Shown here: piece after piece, positions 58,201-64,000 of the stretch
Numbering within the stretch: position 1 is the stretch's first letter
Layout of the letters: the number at the start of each line of letters is the position of its first letter
From: Candidatus Hydrogenedentota bacterium
Lineage (GTDB): Bacteria > Hydrogenedentota > Hydrogenedentia > Hydrogenedentales > SLHB01
Assembly (NCBI GenBank): GCA_963674865.2
Contig: CAXXYE010000002.1
Coordinates: 32,001-96,000, forward strand
Reading direction: 5' to 3'
DNA: 64,000 nucleotides
Program-made: the position numbers and the translations under genes
Notes under the pieces: model-generated
Databases searched by the model: none
Told to the model about the DNA's origin: nothing
Seen by the model: only the letters and a program-made list of their open reading frames with translations

Positions 58201-59109
58201 TTAGAACAGTGTTCGGTAGTCAACTCTGGGAAACACCTCCAGTTGGCCGCCTACCGTGGCGTTAAGAACTCTGACGCCCAAGGTATCGCAAACGGTCTTG
58301 GCCTGCTGGTAGTGGAAGATCATGCGCTCAACATGGGGTTCATGCCACTTCGATCCCGTGCCGAAGTAGTGCGGGTCGAAGTGGTTCATGTCGTCGTTAG
58401 CCGTAGAGAGAAGCCCATCCGGGTTGCTGCAATCCCGCCTGACGGTTTGGGACACGTTGTACGAAGTATCGCACCCGATAAGGTAAATGGGATTGAAGCC
58501 CAAGTACACGGCCAACTGGAGGGCGGCCACGGTGACGGAGGCGACTTGAGACACCCAGGCCGACGCGTCGCGTGTGAAGAGCCGTTCCGGGCGTGCGTCC
58601 ATGCCTCGCCATGCCTCTTTGTACCAGTAAATGTTGTCGCGAGACGTCAGAGTTCGTTCGACCCGGAAGTGAAGGGGGAAGAAGAATCCAGTCCGCGGGT
58701 ACTCCTGCGTCATGCTCATGATGGTTTCGGCAATGTCGGGGACGACGCGCACGTCGACGGCCACATAGAAGGATGGTCGCCAGTCAATCCTATCGAACAG
58801 CAGGTAGCACTTGTTCGTGCCCCAGACAAGTTCGTCTTTGAACAACGCCAAATCCATCTTGTTGAGGCTGGGCCCGTTCCCCATCACGAAGCACCGTTGT
58901 CCCGCGTAGCGGCCTCGCAAAGCGCGGAGTCTCATCTTCATCTGCCGGAGGTTCTTGTCCTCAAGGGAAAGGAGGCCCTTGGCCATAAGGGACTTGTACC
59001 TTGCGGGAGAGGCGAGGTTGTCGATGTAGCGGTAGATCTGAGAGCGCATCGGTTTTGGAAGCGTGCTCCGGTATAGGGAGAGTAGTCTATCCTTCATGCC
59101 CGTCAACAT
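58201..59109 (-). CDS. DUF115/Maf-like (sialyltransferase-like) glycosyltransferase
   Basis: RCFVMGNGPSL, GTN, SVT..ALQLAVYLGFNPIYLIGCD, NHF.P.YF, NAT.GG.LEVF; GAAGGA RBS before ATG 59109. Confidence 0.8.
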   Translation of the reverse strand: MLTGMKDRLLSLYRSTLPKPMRSQIYRYIDNLASPARYKSLMAKGLLSLEDKNLRQMKMRLRALRGRYAGQRCFVMGNGPSLNKMDLALFKDELVWGTNKCYLLFDRIDWRPSFYVAVDVRVVPDIAETIMSMTQEYPRTGFFFPLHFRVERTLTSRDNIYWYKEAWRGMDARPERLFTRDASAWVSQVASVTVAALQLAVYLGFNPIYLIGCDTSYNVSQTVRRDCSNPDGLLSTANDDMNHFDPHYFGTGSKWHEPHVERMIFHYQQAKTVCDTLGVRVLNATVGGQLEVFPRVDYRTLF

Positions 59110-59211
59110 ATGTCCTTCTGCCACACGCATGCCGGGCCAAGTCCGGCTCCGGTCGCGTTTGTTGCCGTCTACGAGGGCAGCCCGCCCGGGGACTGCGCCC
59201 AAGGCGTGGCT

Positions 59212-60189
59212 CTAGCGTTCCTCTGTTCCGACGTCCTCATGCGCACTATGCTTAGGGGGGGCGCCGTTCAAGACGCGGATGCAGTCCTCGGCGGCGCCGA
59301 GTTCCATCAGGTATCGTGAGGCGCGCGCCGAGGCGCCGATGTGTGCGGTGAGGACGACATTGTCCATGCGCGTCAAAGGCCCTTCGTAAGGTTCATTTTC
59401 AAACACGTCGAGGGCAGCGCCGCTGAGATGTTTCTGGCGTAGCGCGTCGATGAGGGCCGATTCGTCGACCACGCCGCCTCGGGAGGTATTGATGATGAGC
59501 GCGCCGGTTTTCATGCGTGCAATCCGGGCGCGGTCGATGAAATGGTAGTTCTCCTCGCACAATGGGATGTGGAGGGATACGACGTCGGAGCGGGCGAGTA
59601 GATCGTCGATGGGGCACCACTCGACGTTGGGTATGGCGCGGCCGTGGGCGGCGGGGTCGATGTCACTCGCAAGGATGGTGGGCTGGAAAGGCTGGAGCAA
59701 ATCGATGACGATGCCGCCGATCCGGCCAACGCCGATGATGCCGATGGTTACCTCGCGGACGAGGCGTCCCATGAAGCGGTTCCAGGCGTCCTCGCGCACG
59801 GAGCGATCGGACGCGTGGATATGGCGGAGCAGGTTGATTAGGTTGGCCAAGGTGAGTTCGGCCACTCCTTGCGAGGGCGCGTCGGGGGTGTACGTGACGG
59901 TAATGCCGCGTTTGCGGCAGTAGTCGAGGTCGACGCTGTCCAAGCCGATGCCAACGCGGCACACTGCCTTAAGGCGCTTGGCGTTGGCGAGGGTATCCTC
60001 CCGGTAGGGTTCGGTGCCGGCGATGACGGCGTCGACGTCCTGTATGTGGTCGCCCACCTCACCGGGCTTCAGGCGGCGGCGGTGGGGATTGAATATGACT
60101 TCCCAGCCGGTGGCCTCGAGAAGGTCGAGGGGCTTCCTTCCGGTGGTGCCGAAGGGAAAGGTTGCGATGAAGACGCGTTTACGCTCCAC
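59212..60189 (-). CDS. D-2-hydroxyacid (phosphoglycerate-dehydrogenase-like) dehydrogenase
   Basis: RVGIGLDSVD, GIIGVGRIG, SLHIP, INTSRG, LDVFENEP, TAHIG. Confidence 0.92.
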   Translation of the reverse strand: MERKRVFIATFPFGTTGRKPLDLLEATGWEVIFNPHRRRLKPGEVGDHIQDVDAVIAGTEPYREDTLANAKRLKAVCRVGIGLDSVDLDYCRKRGITVTYTPDAPSQGVAELTLANLINLLRHIHASDRSVREDAWNRFMGRLVREVTIGIIGVGRIGGIVIDLLQPFQPTILASDIDPAAHGRAIPNVEWCPIDDLLARSDVVSLHIPLCEENYHFIDRARIARMKTGALIINTSRGGVVDESALIDALRQKHLSGAALDVFENEPYEGPLTRMDNVVLTAHIGASARASRYLMELGAAEDCIRVLNGAPPKHSAHEDVGTEER

Positions 60190-60191
60190 GA

Positions 60192-60878
60192 TTATTCCTC
60201 GATCCGCTGCGCATAAAGGGCCAGCAGTTCCGCGAGGCGGAAGGTGAACTCGTCGTCGATGTCGGTGGATTCGATAGTAGGCGTGGGAAACATCATGGGG
60301 TTCACGCCAATACGGCGTTGCTTCTTGGCGAAGGACTCCTTGCTGAAGATGTAAATGCAGGAGTTCTCTTCGTAGACGGGGTCGAGATCCTGGGTGCGGA
60401 TAAGGTTCTCGGGATCGTGGTTGATGGGTGTGCCGTCGGGGAGGTAGAAGCGGGATTGGTGTCGTGTGACGCTGAACAGCGAATCACAATTGTCTTGGTT
60501 CTCGACGAATGCCTTGAGGGCGTGGGCGATGGACTCCGAACTGAGCAGGGGATTGGTGGCATGGGTTTGGAGATAGATGTCGGCATCGGACTGGGTCAGG
60601 TCGTGCTCGATGACGCGGTTCATGCTGACGAAGTCACCGCGGATGGCCTCGGGGCGTTCAATGACGCGAACCTTCTGGGACAGGCCCGGCGCCTCGCTCA
60701 TGACTTGTTCGCTGTCGGTGTCGATGAGTATCTCATCGACGGCATAGGTGCGGTCGAGCGCGTGAAGGATGTGATGGTAGAGGGGTTTGCCGGAGAAATC
60801 GCGGAAGTTCTTGCCCTTCACGCGTTCGCTATGGCCCTTGATGGGGACGAGGGCCGCGACGGATTGACTATGAATCAT
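60192..60878 (-). CDS. Acylneuraminate/ulosonate cytidylyltransferase (NeuA/KdsB-like)
   Basis: PIKGHSERVKGKN...GKPL, DTDS, QTHATNPLL, RTQDL...EENS, DIDDE; ATG 60878 overlaps the aldolase stop. Confidence 0.9.
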   Translation of the reverse strand: MIHSQSVAALVPIKGHSERVKGKNFRDFSGKPLYHHILHALDRTYAVDEILIDTDSEQVMSEAPGLSQKVRVIERPEAIRGDFVSMNRVIEHDLTQSDADIYLQTHATNPLLSSESIAHALKAFVENQDNCDSLFSVTRHQSRFYLPDGTPINHDPENLIRTQDLDPVYEENSCIYIFSKESFAKKQRRIGVNPMMFPTPTIESTDIDDEFTFRLAELLALYAQRIEE

Positions 60879-61624
60879 GATTGGGTCCCTTTCGTGATCT
60901 CCCGTAGGCCCTGCCGACAGGCCGTTCCGAGCATGGTGATGTCGAGACTGTACGCGATCATGGAGAAGCCCTCGGCGATGCGTTCGAGCGCCTCGTCCGG
61001 GCGGGGCTGCACCACATGAACGCCCGCGCGGACGCCGTGGCGTCGGCATCCATCGAGGATGTCGGCCCGGGCCTTGAGATAGTCCGGGTGGTCGAATTGC
61101 GCCGTGATGCCCATGGATGCCGTGAGATCATAGGGGCCGATGAAGGCGGCGTCAATGCCGTCGACGGCGAGAATGGCGTCAAGGTCTTCGACGGCCCGGA
61201 TATGCTCGATTTGGACGCATACGAAGGTGTTCTCGTTGGCGGCGGCCATGTATTCGTCGAAGGCGAAGCCGTAGCCGTGGCTGCGGCCGTAGCCAACGCC
61301 GCGGTCGCCGATGGGGGGGTACTTGACGGAGCGGACGAGTTCGCGTGCCTCCGCCTCGGAATTGATGAGGGGCGCGATGACGCCCATTGCGCCCGCGTCG
61401 AGGTAGCGCTTTGTCTCGTCGTAGCGGTTGCCCGGGAGGCGCACCATAGGCACGCAGTCGGGATTGCCGGCTTTGATGGCCTGAAACATGGCCTGGGCCT
61501 GCGGCACATCGATCGCCGAGTGTTCGGCGTCGACGACGAGATAGTCGAAGCCGGCGGCGCTCATGATCTCGGCCACAATGGGACTGGCCGTGTTAATCCA
61601 ACTGCCTATGAGTGTTCGGTCCAT
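60875..61624 (-). CDS. HpcH/HpaI class II pyruvate aldolase
   Basis: IGSW, GFD..VVDAEH, VR, LDAGA.G.IAP, YPP.G.RG, QIE, FIGPYDL. Confidence 0.93.
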   Translation of the reverse strand: MDRTLIGSWINTASPIVAEIMSAAGFDYLVVDAEHSAIDVPQAQAMFQAIKAGNPDCVPMVRLPGNRYDETKRYLDAGAMGVIAPLINSEAEARELVRSVKYPPIGDRGVGYGRSHGYGFAFDEYMAAANENTFVCVQIEHIRAVEDLDAILAVDGIDAAFIGPYDLTASMGITAQFDHPDYLKARADILDGCRRHGVRAGVHVVQPRPDEALERIAEGFSMIAYSLDITMLGTACRQGLREITKGTQS

Positions 61625-61657
61625 TGCAGTGTGCTCCTGCCTAGCCGGTGGGCCAGA

Positions 61658-62653
61658 CTATGTCTTGTTCACCTCGTTCTTGTCGTCATCCCGCTTCTTC
61701 CCGCAGGACGGAGCGAGACGTTGAATCTTCGCATCGATATCCCACCGCTCACGCGCCCTCAGGACGGCCGGGTGGCGCGTAATGCTCTTTACCAGGCGCA
61801 TCAGCGGGCCGTTCGGATCGCGAAGCGTGCGGAAGAAAAGCACCACGTCCCACCGGTCGATTCGTCGAAACGTGCGCGCCGTATGGGCAGGGTCATCATA
61901 GTCCCTATACTGGGCCGTATGCACTTGCTCGTATGTTGAGAGCGTTGGGTCAAGGTGTCCCCAGCGCTCCAGGAGGGCTTGCTTGTCGTTGACGCCGATC
62001 TCTCGGTTGGACTTGCGAACCGTCAGATTGGCGTGGCGATGGTGTTCGACGTACGAGTCCGGCGAATCGATGCAAGTGTAGCCTTCTTGCGCCATTCTCA
62101 GGCAGAGGTCGGCGTCGGCAGCGTAGAAGAAGAACGTGTCCTCGTCGATGTAGCCGACATCCTCAAGGGCCTTCTTGAGGTATAGGCCGTGATTTACGAA
62201 GATCGTGCCATAAATGCGGCTCACGAAGTAGCTGTCATTCAGCGCGGGCCTCTCGCGGTAATAGAACGCGACTGCGCCGGTCTTCTTGCCCTTCTCAAGC
62301 TGCTCCTCAAATAGCCTGTAACCATTCATAATTGCTCCGGGCACCAGAAGGCAATCATCACTGATCATGCAGACGTACTTGCCTTGCGCGGCTTTGAAGC
62401 CGAGGTTCATGAAGTAACCCCAGCTCTTTCGCTCAATGGCCTTGCCCCGCCAGACGCCCCGATTATGCTGCACTATCGTGATGACATCTTTTTGCCGTGT
62501 GAGATAGGCCAACGCCCCGTCCGTAGAGCCGCCGTCCACGACGATAATCTCGTAGGGGACGTCCATCCCGTGCTCTCGCACATTGTCGAGGGTAGCGCGC
62601 AAGTAGCGCTTGCGATTATAGGAGCCAAAGACCACTGAGATGACGGGTTTCAT
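61658..62653 (-). CDS. Glycosyltransferase family 2
   Basis: ISVVFGSYNR, VVDGGSTDG, N.GF..A.G.Y...SDD, FYAADADL. Confidence 0.9.
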   Translation of the reverse strand: MKPVISVVFGSYNRKRYLRATLDNVREHGMDVPYEIIVVDGGSTDGALAYLTRQKDVITIVQHNRGVWRGKAIERKSWGYFMNLGFKAAQGKYVCMISDDCLLVPGAIMNGYRLFEEQLEKGKKTGAVAFYYRERPALNDSYFVSRIYGTIFVNHGLYLKKALEDVGYIDEDTFFFYAADADLCLRMAQEGYTCIDSPDSYVEHHRHANLTVRKSNREIGVNDKQALLERWGHLDPTLSTYEQVHTAQYRDYDDPAHTARTFRRIDRWDVVLFFRTLRDPNGPLMRLVKSITRHPAVLRARERWDIDAKIQRLAPSCGKKRDDDKNEVNKT

Positions 62654-62708
62654 TGTTTTGCCGAGGAGCCCCCATCTGTATCTCGTGATCGTGTCGAGCA
62701 CGCTGTCT

Positions 62709-63812
62709 TCATGACGCCAGGCCTCGGTAGACATTTGCCATTCGGCAGGCCGCTTCTTTCCAGGAAAAGCGTCGCACGCGTTCTCGCCCTTTGGCGGTAA
62801 GGCGGGCGGTATCCTTGCCGTCAAGCAGGTGGGACATGGCGTTGGCCAGGTCCTCTTGGCTTGCCGGGTCGAAGAAGAGGGCAGCGTCGGCGGCGACTTC
62901 GTGAAACACCGGGATGTCGGAAGCGATAACGGGAGTCCCGCAGCTCATGGCTTCAAGTAAAGGAATTCCGAATCCTTCGGCCAGGGAAGGATAGATGAAG
63001 GCCGTCGCTCCGGCATAGGCGCGCCGCAGGTCGGCATCCGACAAGCCGGGCAGAAGGTGTAGCCTGTCCAGAAGTCGCTGCTGCAGGAGGAAATCCGTCT
63101 GAGGTATATCCAGCGTGTCGTTTCCGCCTGCCACGACGAGATGCATGTCACTTTCGAGGGCGGACATCGCGAATGCCCTCAACAGAGTGTTGAAGTTCTT
63201 GTACGGATTGCGAGAGCCCACGTAGAGCCAGTACCGTCCGGGGATGTCGCAGCGACTTCTGAACTCTTCGGCCTCTTTGGATGTGGTGGGAGATTCCAGG
63301 AACACGCCGCTTGCGGCCGGGTAGATAACGCTGATCCGTTCTTCTTTTGCGTCGGTTCGGCTGAGGATTTGGCGCTTCGTTTCATGCGAGATGGCGACGA
63401 TCGCGTCGGCTGTTTCGATGGCTCGTTTTTGCTCGGCGACAAACGCTTGTGCATTCTGTCTGAGAAATGGGAATTGGGCGAAAACGAAATCGTAGACGGT
63501 GAGAAGTGTCTTCACGTCGGGCGATGGCGCGGGTTGGTAATAGGTTGAGTGAAAGACATCCGGCCGAAAGGACTTGATGAGAAGCGCGTTGGCAAGGGGT
63601 CTGAGCCTTTGGGGTCCTTTCTTGAATTGCTTGAGCCGGCGTATGCGGAATGAATCCGGCAGGGGGGTCCGCGAGGGGCCCGTTTTCTGAAGGGCGGGGA
63701 TGATATCCTTGTGATCGCTGAGGATATTCTCGAGAATCTCGATGAAGTAGCGGTTCACGCCGCCGGCCGCTTGCATACGGAAGATCATGTCATCGACGAG
63801 CACCCGTGTCAT
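62709..63812 (-). CDS. Glycosyltransferase family 4 (group 1)
   Basis: QAAGGVNRY, FHSTYY, TVYD, YVGSR..YKN, PSLAEGFGIPLLEAM, FSW. Confidence 0.93.
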   Translation of the reverse strand: MTRVLVDDMIFRMQAAGGVNRYFIEILENILSDHKDIIPALQKTGPSRTPLPDSFRIRRLKQFKKGPQRLRPLANALLIKSFRPDVFHSTYYQPAPSPDVKTLLTVYDFVFAQFPFLRQNAQAFVAEQKRAIETADAIVAISHETKRQILSRTDAKEERISVIYPAASGVFLESPTTSKEAEEFRSRCDIPGRYWLYVGSRNPYKNFNTLLRAFAMSALESDMHLVVAGGNDTLDIPQTDFLLQQRLLDRLHLLPGLSDADLRRAYAGATAFIYPSLAEGFGIPLLEAMSCGTPVIASDIPVFHEVAADAALFFDPASQEDLANAMSHLLDGKDTARLTAKGRERVRRFSWKEAACRMANVYRGLAS

Positions 63813-64000
63813 GGCGCACAGTCTTTCCTGGCAGAGGGCGGAGTTTCCTGGGGGGGGCTTGATTCTTGTATCGCGCCGTAGGCCTGAAAAAACTGTTCTT
63901 CCCATTCGCTCAGAACAGAGGTGTGCGCCTTGTCCCCGTGTGCGTACCAGCCCCGCCGGTAGCGTCTCTCAAAGGCCGGGGAAAACGACGGCGTCATGGG
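63809..64000 (-). CDS. 3' end of an upstream gene of the glycan cluster (product unknown)
   Basis: Open frame runs to the window edge; its TGA overlaps the GT4 ATG (ATGA coupling). Confidence 0.55.
   Translation of the reverse strand, partial: PMTPSFSPAFERRYRRGWYAHGDKAHTSVLSEWEEQFFQAYGAIQESSPPQETPPSARKDCAP

Noticed and set aside
59212..60189. Housekeeping serA
   Set aside because: No ACT/ASB regulatory domain, and it is embedded in a glycan cluster; gene symbol withheld.

Overview
High-GC bacterial chromosomal window, most consistent with Candidatus Hydrogenedentes. That placement is an inference from the DUF1559/H-X9-DG pseudopilin style, the Cys-containing C-terminal sorting tail and the repeat families. 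Core housekeeping content: 5' end of ilvC, folK-panBCD, glnS, and a dcw cluster (mraZ-[STAS]-rsmH-ftsL-ftsI-murE-murF-mraY-murD-ftsW-murG) that stops after murG. It also holds a TetR-OMF-MFP-RND-LysE-MATE efflux operon, an SSS transporter/CBM9-like pair divergent from a bifunctional fucokinase/GDP-fucose pyrophosphorylase, and the 3' part of a surface-glycan cluster (GT2/GT4, FkbM, DUF115-type transferase, HpcH aldolase, CMP-ulosonate transferase, 2-hydroxyacid dehydrogenase). Most unusual: (1) an AT-richer gene fusing a TM + beta-barrel module (Cap15/S-2TM-beta-like) to a peptidoglycan transglycosylase (GT51) domain; (2) a STAS protein lacking the canonical phospho-Ser, embedded between mraZ and rsmH; (3) an aldolase-based, NeuB-free CMP-ulosonic-acid cassette; (4) an orphan Clp AAA+ lacking IGF loop and M-domain, coupled to a degenerate membrane FHA protein; (5) a large loop insertion in MraY; (6) composite REP-like repeat cassettes, including a 75-bp tandem array and a 151-bp MITE with a 5-bp target duplication nested in another repeat. 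No rRNA, tRNA, CRISPR array or autonomous transposase was recognised. All family assignments come from motif recognition by eye, not database searches.
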